A DNA stretch of 64,000 nucleotides from Bacteroidia bacterium. GTDB lineage: Bacteria; Bacteroidota; Bacteroidia; UBA4408. Location of the stretch: NCBI GenBank assembly GCA_044370375.1, contig JBILVQ010000001.1, forward strand, positions 173 to 64,172, written 5' to 3'. A program made the position numbers and the translations under genes. A model generated the notes under the pieces. The model did no database searches. It saw nothing but the letters and a program-made list of their open reading frames with translations, and was not told where the DNA came from. Shown piece after piece: positions 25,371 through 35,585 of this stretch (its first letter is position 1; every line of letters starts with the position of its first letter).

Positions 25371-26204
25371 ATGCAAATCAACATGAAAAAATTTTTAGTC
25401 CCAACCGATTTTTCCCACGCTGCCGGAACCTCAGTAGATTACGCTGCAGCTATGGCCCAGTTTATGGGAGCTGAAATCCTATTGTTTCATGCCTTTCATA
25501 TTCCTATTCCTTCTACAGAAGCGCCTGTCGTTTTAATTTCTGAAGAAGATTTAATGAATGAAAATTTAACAACGCTGAAAAAATTTGCCCAAACCCTGAC
25601 AGATAAATTTCCGGGTTTAACGGTCAATTGCCTAGTTAATTCAGGTTTTGCAGCCGAAGAAATTCCTAAAATTGCCATGAGTCAAAAAGCAGACTTAATT
25701 GTAATGGGAGTAGGAGGATCAGGAATGGTAGATGAATATCTTTTTGGAAGCACTACCGTTGGCGTTATTCGTCATACCAAAATTCCGGTTTTGGTTATTC
25801 CAAAGAATCATATTTTTTCTCCTCCCGCTGGAATTGTTTTTTCTTGCGATTATACGGAGTTGCGTCAACTAAGCACCGCTGACCTGATCAAAAACATAGT
25901 CAAAACATTCAATAGTCATTTATTTGTGTTGAGTGTAGAAAGAGAGGGTGACCGTGTTTCTATTGAGAAAGCTATCTCAGGAGTTCACATTGAAGGTGCA
26001 TTTAGCGAAATAAAACATTCACTTCATTTTCCTTATGGTGATGATGTAGTAAGTGGGATTAATGAGTTTGCAGATCAACATAAAGCCGGTTGGGTCATTA
26101 TGATACCACATGAACATGGATTTCTGGATCGCTTGTTGAACCGAAGTCTTACCCGAAAAATGATTTTCCACACCCATACGCCTTTGTTTGTAATTCACGA
26201 TTAA
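25371..26204 (+). CDS. Universal stress protein, tandem UspA domains
   Basis: Features include MKKFLVPTDFSHAAGTSVDYAA, LIVMGVGGSGMVDEYLFGSTT and a second domain. It is a paralogue of 8737..9570. Confidence 0.75.
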   Translation: MQINMKKFLVPTDFSHAAGTSVDYAAAMAQFMGAEILLFHAFHIPIPSTEAPVVLISEEDLMNENLTTLKKFAQTLTDKFPGLTVNCLVNSGFAAEEIPKIAMSQKADLIVMGVGGSGMVDEYLFGSTTVGVIRHTKIPVLVIPKNHIFSPPAGIVFSCDYTELRQLSTADLIKNIVKTFNSHLFVLSVEREGDRVSIEKAISGVHIEGAFSEIKHSLHFPYGDDVVSGINEFADQHKAGWVIMIPHEHGFLDRLLNRSLTRKMIFHTHTPLFVIHD

Positions 26205-26213
26205 TTCAATCCT

Positions 26214-26624
26214 ATGAAACTTGACATCAACTACCAGACTTCTTTGAATGAAATTCAAAATGAGTTTTCTGCCAGGTTTCCTAATCTCCAGTTGCGCTTT
26301 TTTTTACTCAATCATCCCGATGGCTCTAACCCTGCCAAAGAAGAGCTTTCACCACTATTGAAATTAGAGGAGGTGCGAAAAGTACAAGGCAATGGCTGGG
26401 TTACTTTAGAAAAAGACCAAACTGTGGCCAAGTTGGAAGCAGATTTTAGAGTTCATTTTGGCCTTAATGCACAAGTCTTTAGAAGAGCAGGTAAAAACTG
26501 GCTGGAAACCACCAGTACCGATAGTTGGACCCTCGAAAAACAAAATGAATTTGGCGCAGAAAGTCTTTTGACCATTAATGAATCCGACAAACCTTCCGAT
26601 TATAGCCTTCGGGATGAGGATTAA
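26214..26624 (+). CDS. Hypothetical protein (136 aa, acidic C-terminus), probably co-transcribed with the upstream Usp
   Basis: The ORF starts 10 nt after the Usp stop and has no recognisable motifs. Its codon usage is consistent with its neighbours. Confidence 0.4.
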   Translation: MKLDINYQTSLNEIQNEFSARFPNLQLRFFLLNHPDGSNPAKEELSPLLKLEEVRKVQGNGWVTLEKDQTVAKLEADFRVHFGLNAQVFRRAGKNWLETTSTDSWTLEKQNEFGAESLLTINESDKPSDYSLRDED

Positions 26625-26749
26625 AGGTTGAATTCTTTGTTTGCTTTGTTTTTTTTGAAATAAGACACAAAATAGTCCCATTTTCAGTTTCCTGTCTCAA
26701 GAAATCTTCACGATATTTCGATTTCGCTTTGTAGATTAGCGGTCAGAAA

Positions 26750-28273
26750 TTGAATGATATGCAACAGCCTTTAAGTGAACAGGAAATTGTAAGAAGAAAC
26801 TCCCTTGCAGAACTGGAAAAATCAGGGGTAAACCCTTACCCTGCAGAAGAATTTGTGGTAAATACCCATGCCGCAGATATTCATGAGAATTACGAAAGGG
26901 ATAAGTTGGGTTATAAGAACGTTAGCATGGCAGGAAGGATCATGACCCGAAGAATTATGGGTAATGCTTCCTTTGCAGAAATTCAAGACAATACCGGCAG
27001 AATTCAGATTTACATCAAAAGGGATGAAATTTGTCTAGGCGAGGATAAGGCGCTCTACAATGTTGTTTTCAAAAAGCTATTGGATATTGGAGATATTGTA
27101 GGTGTAAAGGGTTATGTATTTACAACCCAAACCGGTGAAATTACTTTGCATGTCACCTCTTTTGTTTTACTATCCAAATCACTGCGCCCTCTCCCAATTG
27201 TGAAAACAGATGAATCGGGCAATGTGTTTGATGCCTTTACTGATCCTGAACAAAGGTACAGGATGAGATACCTCGACTTAATTGTAAATCCAGAAGTACG
27301 CTTCACTTTTGTGAAAAGAGCACAGTTGGTTAATTCAATGCGGACCTTCCTGAATAACAAAAGTTATCTCGAAGTTGAAACCCCGGTGCTTCAGCCACTC
27401 TATGGCGGTGCAGCAGCCCGACCATTTAAGACGCATCACAATACGCTTGATATGACTTTGTATCTGCGTATTGCCAATGAATTGTACCTTAAAAGACTTA
27501 TCGTTGGAGGATTTGAAGGCGTTTATGAATTTGCTAAGGACTTTAGAAATGAAGGAATGAGCAGGTTTCATAATCCTGAATTTACCCAGATGGAATTGTA
27601 TGTTGCCTACAAAGATTATCTATGGATGATGAATCTTGTAGAACAAATGGTAGAAAAGGTTTGCATCGATTTAAACGGATCGAACGAAGTATCCGTTGGT
27701 TCAAATACCATTAGCTTTCAAAGGCCTTGGAAGCGTTATACCATGTATGGCGCCATCAAAGAATATACAGGTTACGAGGTAGAAAAAATGAGTGATGATG
27801 AATTAGCAAAGGCTGCTGTTGCCCTTGGCGGAAAAGCCGAGAAAAGCATGGGAAGAGGTAAACTCATTGATGAAATTTTTGGTGCAGCCTGCGAACCAAA
27901 AATGATTCAGCCAACCATCATCATGGATTATCCTGTTGAAATGTCGCCACTTGCAAAAAAACATCGAAGTGCCGAAGGCTTGGTAGAGCGCTTTGAGGTT
28001 ATTTGTAATGGCAAGGAAATTTGTAATGCTTATTCAGAATTGAACGACCCCATTGATCAGCGCAAAAGACTCGAAGAACAACTGGAGCTTGGGCTGCGAG
28101 GCGATGAGGAGGCCATGACGCTTGATGAAGATTTTATTCGTGCTATAGAATTCGGAATGCCACCCACTGCCGGCCTTGGAATTGGAATCGATCGTCTTTG
28201 TATGATCATGACCAATGCCAACTCCATCCAAGATGTAATTTTTTTCCCACAAATGCGACCGGAGAAGATTTAG
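26750..28273 (+). CDS. lysS: Lysine--tRNA ligase (class II)
   Basis: An N-terminal OB-fold anticodon-binding region is present. The class II motifs are [23 protein letters not shown] and [14 protein letters not shown]. The length is 507 aa. Confidence 0.9.
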   Translation: MNDMQQPLSEQEIVRRNSLAELEKSGVNPYPAEEFVVNTHAADIHENYERDKLGYKNVSMAGRIMTRRIMGNASFAEIQDNTGRIQIYIKRDEICLGEDKALYNVVFKKLLDIGDIVGVKGYVFTTQTGEITLHVTSFVLLSKSLRPLPIVKTDESGNVFDAFTDPEQRYRMRYLDLIVNPEVRFTFVKRAQLVNSMRTFLNNKSYLEVETPVLQPLYGGAAARPFKTHHNTLDMTLYLRIANELYLKRLIVGGFEGVYEFAKDFRNEGMSRFHNPEFTQMELYVAYKDYLWMMNLVEQMVEKVCIDLNGSNEVSVGSNTISFQRPWKRYTMYGAIKEYTGYEVEKMSDDELAKAAVALGGKAEKSMGRGKLIDEIFGAACEPKMIQPTIIMDYPVEMSPLAKKHRSAEGLVERFEVICNGKEICNAYSELNDPIDQRKRLEEQLELGLRGDEEAMTLDEDFIRAIEFGMPPTAGLGIGIDRLCMIMTNANSIQDVIFFPQMRPEKI

Positions 28274-28287
28274 GCTTTTTTGGGTCA

Positions 28288-30246
28288 ATGCAATTTTTAA
28301 AGAAAAATCACGATTACTGGGCGCTGCTTCCCATTCTGGCAGTTGCTGCCTTTTTCAGGTGGAAGGGATTTGCCGAATGGTCGCTTACCAATGATGAGTT
28401 GAGCGCACTATATGGCCTTTCTCTTGAAACGCTTTCTTTAACTATCAACGATTATGTTTACAACGATATGCATCCTGCCGGTGTACAATTGTTGATGTTT
28501 GCGTGGTGCAAAATTTTTGGTACTTCTGTCTTTGCTGTTCGATTGCCATTCGTTGTTATGGGCATTCTTTCTGTAGCACTCACCTTTGAAGTGGGAAAGA
28601 GATTTTTTTCAGCCAATGTTGGCTTAATGGCCGCAGCTTATTTTGCCATTATGCAATTACCGGTGCTCTATACACAGTTGGCAAGGCCTTATAGCAGTGG
28701 AATGTTGCTGGTCTTGTGGACAACCATTGCTTGGCATAATCTGGTGTCTGCCAATAGCCGTGCATCCATGGTACATTACCTACATTGGAGTTTGACCACG
28801 GCATTGTGTTTATACAACCATTATTTTAGCGCATTGGTCCCTATTGTGCTAGGTTTTTCAGGTTATTTTATCCTTGACAAGTCACAGTTTAAAGCATATT
28901 CTTTTTCAGGGATGCTTTCCTTACTTTTGTTTTTGCCCCATTTATCTTTATCCATTGCCCAATTTTCAAGAGGCGGTGTGGGAACCTGGTTGGGTCCGCC
29001 TGATATTCGCTTTTTTAATGATTTTTTCTTTGCGCTGTTTAACGAAAATTATTTCACCTGGTTTCTGTTTTCAATGCTTGCTTTCTTCGCTTTGGTTAAG
29101 TCAAGAGCAAACTTTGTAAACAAGCCAAATTGGATTATTTCTTTGGTGCTATTCCTCTTTCCATTGCTGTTAGGATATTTTTATTCAGTTTATGTTAACC
29201 CGGTACTTCAACCTTCTATTTTGCTTTTTTTTGTTCCCTTTCTATTAATGGCTGCCATGGCAGGGTTTACTGCCTATTCAGCGAGAGTGGTGGTTTTGCT
29301 TTCTTTTTTGGTTTTAGGAATAGGGTCTTTTACCATCATTAAAGTAAACAAGTTCAACCAAAGCGAGAAGTTTGCAACGTTTAGTGAAATAGCAAGACTC
29401 GTGCAGCATAGCGTGGATAGCCTTGGACGTGACAATATCGATTTTGCCATGAATGTGGTGCATCCCTTTTACCTGGAATATTATTTTAAACGAAAGAATA
29501 TAACGATTCCTTTTTTAACAAGTTCAAACAAGGGGGGTGAGGAGTTGAGGAAATTCCGGAGTCTTGTCAATCAGTCTAACAAGAAGTATTTCCTTTATAC
29601 ATGGACAAATAGTGATAACCCGCTGCAGATTTATTCGATCATTAGGGAAAAATTCCCTTGTTTGATAGAAAGAAAATTCTTCTTTAATAGTGAGTTTTAT
29701 TTGTTTGCAAAACAAGATGCATGCACCGATTCAATTGAAAAAACCAGATTTGTTTCGGTGAATACTTTTAAAACGAATCTCGCCTATTGGTCGTATGCTG
29801 GTCCATACAAGGATTCGCTTAATAATCAATGGTCCGGAATGGGTCAATTGTTAACACCAAAAGTTCTTTATAGCGAAAATTTTGAAGCGCCTTTGAAAGA
29901 TTTAATTCTACAAACGGATGATATTATTCTGGCATCTGTTGATTTTAAATCCCTTTCAGATAATTGCAAGGCCACCTTGTGTATTTCTGTTTCCGATAGC
30001 GATAAAGATATTCATTGGAGTGCTACTCCATTAAGTGTATTTATTGATTCTACGAAAGATTTTTCAAGGGCTTACCATGCAATCCGTATACCTGAAATTA
30101 GAACCCAATCCGCCAAGGTTAAGGTATATGTTGCAAACCCGGATGCCACAGGTAATTTGATTGTCAATAATTTTGTTGTAAAAGCAACGGATGGCAACCC
30201 ATTACTGTACGGCAAAAGGATTAAGTTTTCTTCGCTGCCGGAATGA
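28288..30246 (+). CDS. Polytopic membrane glycosyltransferase, GT39/GT83-like (ArnT/PMT family) with a C-terminal soluble domain
   Basis: The first-loop DE motif is SLTNDELSALYG. The family-typical segment is DMHPAGVQLLMFAWCKIFGTSVFAVRLPFVVMGILSVALTFEVGKRFF. There are about 11 or more hydrophobic helices. The ORF track starts at 28198 inside lysS. The ATG at 28288 (MQFLKK), just after the lysS stop, is the more likely start. Confidence 0.6.
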   Translation: MQFLKKNHDYWALLPILAVAAFFRWKGFAEWSLTNDELSALYGLSLETLSLTINDYVYNDMHPAGVQLLMFAWCKIFGTSVFAVRLPFVVMGILSVALTFEVGKRFFSANVGLMAAAYFAIMQLPVLYTQLARPYSSGMLLVLWTTIAWHNLVSANSRASMVHYLHWSLTTALCLYNHYFSALVPIVLGFSGYFILDKSQFKAYSFSGMLSLLLFLPHLSLSIAQFSRGGVGTWLGPPDIRFFNDFFFALFNENYFTWFLFSMLAFFALVKSRANFVNKPNWIISLVLFLFPLLLGYFYSVYVNPVLQPSILLFFVPFLLMAAMAGFTAYSARVVVLLSFLVLGIGSFTIIKVNKFNQSEKFATFSEIARLVQHSVDSLGRDNIDFAMNVVHPFYLEYYFKRKNITIPFLTSSNKGGEELRKFRSLVNQSNKKYFLYTWTNSDNPLQIYSIIREKFPCLIERKFFFNSEFYLFAKQDACTDSIEKTRFVSVNTFKTNLAYWSYAGPYKDSLNNQWSGMGQLLTPKVLYSENFEAPLKDLILQTDDIILASVDFKSLSDNCKATLCISVSDSDKDIHWSATPLSVFIDSTKDFSRAYHAIRIPEIRTQSAKVKVYVANPDATGNLIVNNFVVKATDGNPLLYGKRIKFSSLPE

Positions 30247-31991
30247 AGCAATTTTTACCTCAGCCATATTATGCTTTGCTTGGATTAATCCTACTGGCAC
30301 TTTTTTTTACTTTCAGAAATCCGAATAACGCATGGGATCGGGTTATCCAAGCAGAGGGTTTGGGCTATTATGCGTATTTGCCTGCTATCTTCATTCACCA
30401 TGATCTATCGTGGGAGTCAACCGCATTGGCTGCACAGCCTTATTATAATCGCGATATCAGAGGCGATTTCCTGAATAAAATTGATCAGAAAGGAATCAAT
30501 AAGTATTTTCCGGGTATCGCCATTTTGTGGTTGCCTTTTTTTTTAGTTGCTCATTTTTTGTCTTTTCTTACAGGGATGAATCCGGATGGGTTCGGTTTGC
30601 TTTATCAGTATTCAATTGCGTTTTCGGCTATTTTTTATTTATTACTAGGACTAAAGTATTGCGAAGGGATGCTCAAAGAACTATCACTCACGGTTTTTTG
30701 GGCTCGCCTTTCCAGCCTACTGATTTTATTGGGTAGTAATCTTTTATACAATACGCTTGGTGTTGCTTCACAATCACATGTTTATTCCTTTTTTCTTTTG
30801 TCTGGAGTGCTGTTTCATGGTATACGCTATTTTCGTTTAATGGCCGTAGATAAAAGAGATGTTATTTTTGCATCACTTTATCTTTCAATTGCCTTTTGCA
30901 TCCGACCAACAGATATTTTGGTCTTACTGTCGTTGCCTTTTTTTATCGCAGTTTTGAAAATTCCAATCAATAGTTTAAGGTTGTTTATTAGCAATATCCG
31001 CCACCTTTCCTTTGCTGCTTTTTCTTTTCTTCTTCCTATTGCGCTTACCATGCTTCTTTGGTATTTACAAACAGAAAGTTTTATTGCAGATAGTTATGTA
31101 GGAGAACATTTTTATTTTGCGAACCCGCAATTGAGTAATTTTTTATTCAGTTTTAGAAAGGGCTGGCTAACTTATCATCCTATATTTTATTTATCGTTTG
31201 TTGGTCTGTTGATTTTGCTTTTTCAACAAAACCGGGCTGCCTTCTTTTCGGGATTTCTTTTCGTTTTTATGCTGGTTTATGTTTTCTCTTCTTGGTGGAT
31301 CTGGACTTATTCTGTTCCTTTCGGACAGAGGGTTATGATTGATTTTTATCCATTTTTTATTTTTCTTTTCGGATTAGCATTGAAATATTTGAATTCACTA
31401 AGATTAAAAATATTTGTAAGCATCTCTCTTTTGTTGGTTACTTTTAATCTTTGGCGAACTTACCAATATCAAAAGGGAATTATTCCATGGGAATATGTTA
31501 CCTCAAAGCTATATTTTTCAACCATTTTTGATGGTGGCCCTGTTGCACGTTATTTGGTAAATGAACCCAGGATAGTGGATCGGAAAACACTTTCATTAAC
31601 CCCGCTTGAAAATGGCCTTGGCCGGTTGCAAACGGAAACTTCCATCAGGAATGTTTTTCAAACCGCATTGCCTTCTTTCGATGCAGCAGGGATTCGGCAT
31701 TTGCGCGTTAATACAACTGCTAACTGCCCTAAAATTTCAGGAGAAGTAAGGATTGATTTGGTATTGTTTTTTGAAGGCAAAGAGGTCAGAAGAGAGTCAC
31801 GATTTGCGAATGATTATTTTCATCCCGGAAAGTTTACTCCAATTTGTTTCGGATTCGAATTTGCTCCTCATGAAAAGGCCGATAGTCTTGTTTATCAGCT
31901 CCTATATGGGCCTAATGCTGAGCCTGTTCTTTTTGGTAACGTACAAATTGAATTAATGGCAGAAAACGAAATACCTGAATTTGTTCCATAA
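30243..31991 (+). CDS. Polytopic integral membrane protein, possibly a second GT-C-fold glycosyltransferase, translationally coupled to the GT39-like gene
   Basis: It overlaps the upstream gene by 4 nt (ATGA). It has about 12 hydrophobic segments, an early loop motif (WDRVIQAEGLGYYAYLP) and a C-terminal soluble domain of about 150 aa. No definitive family motif was recognised. Confidence 0.5.
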   Translation: MKQFLPQPYYALLGLILLALFFTFRNPNNAWDRVIQAEGLGYYAYLPAIFIHHDLSWESTALAAQPYYNRDIRGDFLNKIDQKGINKYFPGIAILWLPFFLVAHFLSFLTGMNPDGFGLLYQYSIAFSAIFYLLLGLKYCEGMLKELSLTVFWARLSSLLILLGSNLLYNTLGVASQSHVYSFFLLSGVLFHGIRYFRLMAVDKRDVIFASLYLSIAFCIRPTDILVLLSLPFFIAVLKIPINSLRLFISNIRHLSFAAFSFLLPIALTMLLWYLQTESFIADSYVGEHFYFANPQLSNFLFSFRKGWLTYHPIFYLSFVGLLILLFQQNRAAFFSGFLFVFMLVYVFSSWWIWTYSVPFGQRVMIDFYPFFIFLFGLALKYLNSLRLKIFVSISLLLVTFNLWRTYQYQKGIIPWEYVTSKLYFSTIFDGGPVARYLVNEPRIVDRKTLSLTPLENGLGRLQTETSIRNVFQTALPSFDAAGIRHLRVNTTANCPKISGEVRIDLVLFFEGKEVRRESRFANDYFHPGKFTPICFGFEFAPHEKADSLVYQLLYGPNAEPVLFGNVQIELMAENEIPEFVP

Positions 31992-32012
31992 TTTTTGTAA
32001 TTTTATTTTTTT

Positions 32013-33011
32013 ATGGAAAAACCGAGCATTGGAATCATAGGAGGAGGTAGTTGGGCAACTGCATTAGCAAAGATTTTTTCCCAACAAACCGGGTTGTCAA
32101 TCAACTGGTGGGTAAGAAACCAGGAGGTGGCCAACCATATTGAAAGTTTTGGTCACAACCCGAATTACCTTAGTTCTGTTCAATTTGAGAAAAACAGAAT
32201 TTATGTTTCTTCCTCAATTCAAGAGGTAATTAAAAGAAGCACTTATTTGGTATTTGCTATCCCCGCTGCTTTTCTACAGAAATCTTTGTCAGGCGTTTCA
32301 TCACGAGATTTAGAAAACAAGTTTATTATTTGTGCCATTAAAGGCGTTATTCCTGAAAAGAATTTAATTCCCTGTCATTTTTTCCAGAATGAATTTAAGG
32401 TGGGTCAGGATGCGATAGGCGTTATTACTGGTCCGTGTCATGCAGAGGAAGTGGCGCTTGAAAAACTAAGTTTTCTGACCATTGCTTCTTCCAATCAGAA
32501 ATTATCATTGCAAGTTTCAGACTGGCTGAAATGTCGTTACATCCGTACCGTTCTTTCAACCGATACGGATGGTGCGGAATATGCCGGTGTGCTAAAGAAT
32601 ATTTATGCTGTTGGCAGTGGAATTTTTCATGGCCTAGGCTATGGCGACAATTTTCAGGCAGTTTTTATTACCAATGCCATTCGTGAAATGGAACGCTTTT
32701 TGTCAAAAACCAGCACAATTACTTATGATGTAAAAGAGTCTGCCTATTTGGGTGATTTGTTGGTCACAGCCTATTCACAGTTTAGCAGGAACCGTACTTT
32801 TGGAAATATGATTGGTAAGGGTTACTCTGTAAAGTCGGCACAAATTGAAATGAATATGATTGCCGAAGGTTTTTATGCCTGCAAAAGTATCTATCAGATA
32901 AATCAACAATTAGGGGCCGATATTCCAATTGTTGATGCGGTTTACAGGATTCTCTATGAGCGAATGAGTCCTGCCATTGAAATGAAATTACTGAGTTCAA
33001 AACTTTCCTAA
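32013..33011 (+). CDS. gpsA: NAD(P)H-dependent glycerol-3-phosphate dehydrogenase
   Basis: The N-terminus IGIIGGGSWATALAKIF is present, along with the conserved GpsA central region (ITGPCHAEEVA) and C-terminal region. Confidence 0.85.
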   Translation: MEKPSIGIIGGGSWATALAKIFSQQTGLSINWWVRNQEVANHIESFGHNPNYLSSVQFEKNRIYVSSSIQEVIKRSTYLVFAIPAAFLQKSLSGVSSRDLENKFIICAIKGVIPEKNLIPCHFFQNEFKVGQDAIGVITGPCHAEEVALEKLSFLTIASSNQKLSLQVSDWLKCRYIRTVLSTDTDGAEYAGVLKNIYAVGSGIFHGLGYGDNFQAVFITNAIREMERFLSKTSTITYDVKESAYLGDLLVTAYSQFSRNRTFGNMIGKGYSVKSAQIEMNMIAEGFYACKSIYQINQQLGADIPIVDAVYRILYERMSPAIEMKLLSSKLS

Positions 33012-33017
33012 AATAAA

Positions 33018-34040
33018 TTGGCTATGATGAAGTATAGATTGTTCGGTAAATCCGGACTTAGGGTTTCTGAGATTTGTTTAGGAACCATGACCTTTGGTAC
33101 CGAATGGGGCTGGGGTGCTGATTGGGATGAATCCAAAAAGATTTTTGAAGAATACACCAATGCCGGAGGAAATTTTCTTGATACGGCAAACCGCTATACA
33201 GAAGGTACTAGCGAAAGATTTTTAGGCGAATTGATGGCTGCAGATCGTCACCATTTTGTTTTGGCAACCAAGTATTCTTTGAAAGACCGCTTTGGTGATC
33301 CGAACTTTGTGGGTAATCACCGTAAAAACATGATGCGTTCGGTGCAGGAAAGTTTACTTCGTTTAAAAACCGATTATATCGATGTTTTGTGGGTTCACGC
33401 CTGGGATTTTCTTACTCCCGAACAAGAAGTGATGCGCGGTTTAGACGACCTTGTGTCCAGAGGTATGGTACATTACATTGGAATTTCCGACACGCCTGCA
33501 TGGGTTGTTTCACGTTGCAACACCATGGCAGAATTGATGGGTTGGACTTGTTTTACTGGATTGCAAGTTGAATACAGTTTAATGCAAAGAACCCCTGAAC
33601 GCGATCTTCTTCCCATGGCAGCAGCTCTTGGCTTAACGGTTACACCCTGGGCGCCTTTGGCAGGAGGTGTTTTAACCGGTAAGTACCTCAAAAATGATCC
33701 GGGTAGAATTACAGAAGGAAGTATCCGACGAAATGAAAGAAATACCACAATCGTTAAAGAGGTGATGGCCATTGCAGATGCCAAGTCTTGCTCATCTGCT
33801 CAGGTCGCTCTTGCTTGGATGCGGCAACATGCTGTTGGCTCTATCCCTATTGTTGGAGCCAGAAAGGCAACGCATTTGCAGGATAGTTTAGGCAGCGTTC
33901 ATGTAGTTTTAGACCAGAATGAGTTGACGCGTCTCAATGAGGTCAGCAAAGTTGAATTGGGCTTTCCGCACGATTTTTTGTCAGGAGATCCAATCAAAGA
34001 CAATTTATATGGAGGAACCTATTTCGATATCATTCGTTAA
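33018..34040 (+). CDS. Aldo/keto reductase family oxidoreductase
   Basis: The N-terminus YRLFGKSGLRVSEICLGTMTFG is present, along with FLDTANRYTEGTSE and IGISDTPAW. The length is 340 aa. Confidence 0.85.
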   Translation: MAMMKYRLFGKSGLRVSEICLGTMTFGTEWGWGADWDESKKIFEEYTNAGGNFLDTANRYTEGTSERFLGELMAADRHHFVLATKYSLKDRFGDPNFVGNHRKNMMRSVQESLLRLKTDYIDVLWVHAWDFLTPEQEVMRGLDDLVSRGMVHYIGISDTPAWVVSRCNTMAELMGWTCFTGLQVEYSLMQRTPERDLLPMAAALGLTVTPWAPLAGGVLTGKYLKNDPGRITEGSIRRNERNTTIVKEVMAIADAKSCSSAQVALAWMRQHAVGSIPIVGARKATHLQDSLGSVHVVLDQNELTRLNEVSKVELGFPHDFLSGDPIKDNLYGGTYFDIIR

Positions 34041-34045
34041 GGTGG

Positions 34046-35569
34046 ATGGAAAAATTAAATGATGAATTCTTATTTCTTGTAGAAAAGCAAATGAAAAATT
34101 TTTGGGTGTTGGCATTTATTTTCATAGGCATGGTATTCCAAAGTCCTGCACAGCCCGGCAATTGGCAGGGTACCTTTTGTGGAGAGGTAAAAAGTTTAAA
34201 TTTATCTGTTTGGAATTCGTTTCTCGATTCAATGCCTCAAACCTATAAGGGTGTTTTGTCCGGGAATCGTTTCGAAGTAAAGGTTGACCTCACCTTTGAT
34301 CAGCCACTCTTGCTGGAGGTTGACAGTGTGCAAGGGTATATTCCCGGATTTAAGTTTTTAAAGGAAGAGGCTGAGTGGATTTGTACCAATGAAGCTGCGA
34401 AATTAAAAGTAAAGAACCTTGCAAGCTCTGACCTTGCCGCCTATTTTGATTTTTCCGCAAGATTTTTTAATAACCTAGAAAAAAGTCAGTTGAAGGAAGT
34501 GGAGGACAAAAGTATTGATGCTTGGGAGGATTTGATTTTTAAGAATTCAAGAAAACAAAGAGAATATTTTGAAGCAATCACCAAACAGGCTCTGTCTGAT
34601 CCTTCCCTAAGGAATGACCTGATGGCACAAATAAAGTTCAATTACTTTTCTCTTTTGCTAGCCTATTCTGTTGATGGTCCTTTGCAACAAAAATCTACTC
34701 CCAACCAAAAAATTCCTGCATTAATGTTAGAGAAACTTCCTGTCCCGGAAGAACAATTCAATGCCTTGATGAAGTACGCATGGTATAGAAATTATATTAT
34801 GAACTGGGTTTTTTATCGTGCAGCAGCATCCACCGATTTTAATTTTAAAAATGGTTTTTCATCTTGGCTTGAGTCTGCTGTAAATGTTGCATTCACCATT
34901 CCTGATAAAACCGCCAAATCCTTCGCAGAATCTTATTTGCTTCGATTTTTTTCTCCCTCTTTATCTGCTGTTACGATTCAGGCCTTGTTGAAGGATATTC
35001 AAATAAATCCCGCCCTTGCAGCAGCCGATTTAAGTGCCCACAAGGAAAAGCTTTTGGCATTGGTGAAAGCAAAAGAAAAGGAGCAGAAGGCTAATAAAAA
35101 AGTAACAGCATCAAGCATTTCAACACCTGAAAGTACCAGCACAAAATCTGGAGGTGTTTTGATGGTTGATAAGAATGGTAAGCCTGTTAGTCTAGAGAGC
35201 TATAAGGGGAAGGTAGTGTATGTTGATTTTTGGGCAAGCTGGTGCGGACCCTGCCGGCAGCAGTTTCCTTTCTCTGCAAAAATGCACGAATCCTTAACGG
35301 AAAAGCAAAAGAAGAAAATCGTTTTTCTTTACATCTCTATTGACGACAGTGAAGATGCATGGCAAAAGTCAATCCGTGATTTAAAAATTATTGGGGATCA
35401 CGCTATTTCTAAGGGTGGATGGAGATCAGAAGTATGTAAAGTTTTTGGAATTAGTTCTATTCCCCGCTACATGATTGTGGATAAGAATGGAAAAGTGATT
35501 GAAGAAAATGCACCTAGACCATCTGACCCAGATCTGCTTCAAAAACTAATTAAACTGGCAGAGGAGTAA
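34046..35569 (+). CDS. TlpA/ResA-like thiol-disulfide oxidoreductase (thioredoxin fold) with an N-terminal domain of unknown function (~360 aa)
   Basis: The C-terminal redoxin domain with a CxxC active site reads VYVDFWASWCGPCRQQFP. An N-terminal signal/anchor segment is present. Confidence 0.7.
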   Translation: MEKLNDEFLFLVEKQMKNFWVLAFIFIGMVFQSPAQPGNWQGTFCGEVKSLNLSVWNSFLDSMPQTYKGVLSGNRFEVKVDLTFDQPLLLEVDSVQGYIPGFKFLKEEAEWICTNEAAKLKVKNLASSDLAAYFDFSARFFNNLEKSQLKEVEDKSIDAWEDLIFKNSRKQREYFEAITKQALSDPSLRNDLMAQIKFNYFSLLLAYSVDGPLQQKSTPNQKIPALMLEKLPVPEEQFNALMKYAWYRNYIMNWVFYRAAASTDFNFKNGFSSWLESAVNVAFTIPDKTAKSFAESYLLRFFSPSLSAVTIQALLKDIQINPALAAADLSAHKEKLLALVKAKEKEQKANKKVTASSISTPESTSTKSGGVLMVDKNGKPVSLESYKGKVVYVDFWASWCGPCRQQFPFSAKMHESLTEKQKKKIVFLYISIDDSEDAWQKSIRDLKIIGDHAISKGGWRSEVCKVFGISSIPRYMIVDKNGKVIEENAPRPSDPDLLQKLIKLAEE

Positions 35570-35585
35570 GGTGTTTTTTCTTTTT

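Noticed and set aside
26625-26749. Possible riboswitch or leader upstream of lysS
   Set aside because: No recognisable lysine-riboswitch or T-box features were seen. The region is T-rich spacer only, and lysS is not normally riboswitch-controlled.
28198-28287. N-terminal 30-aa extension of the GT39-like ORF overlapping the lysS 3' end
   Set aside because: The overlap with a highly conserved lysS C-terminus is implausible. An ATG with a hydrophobic N-terminus begins right after the lysS stop.
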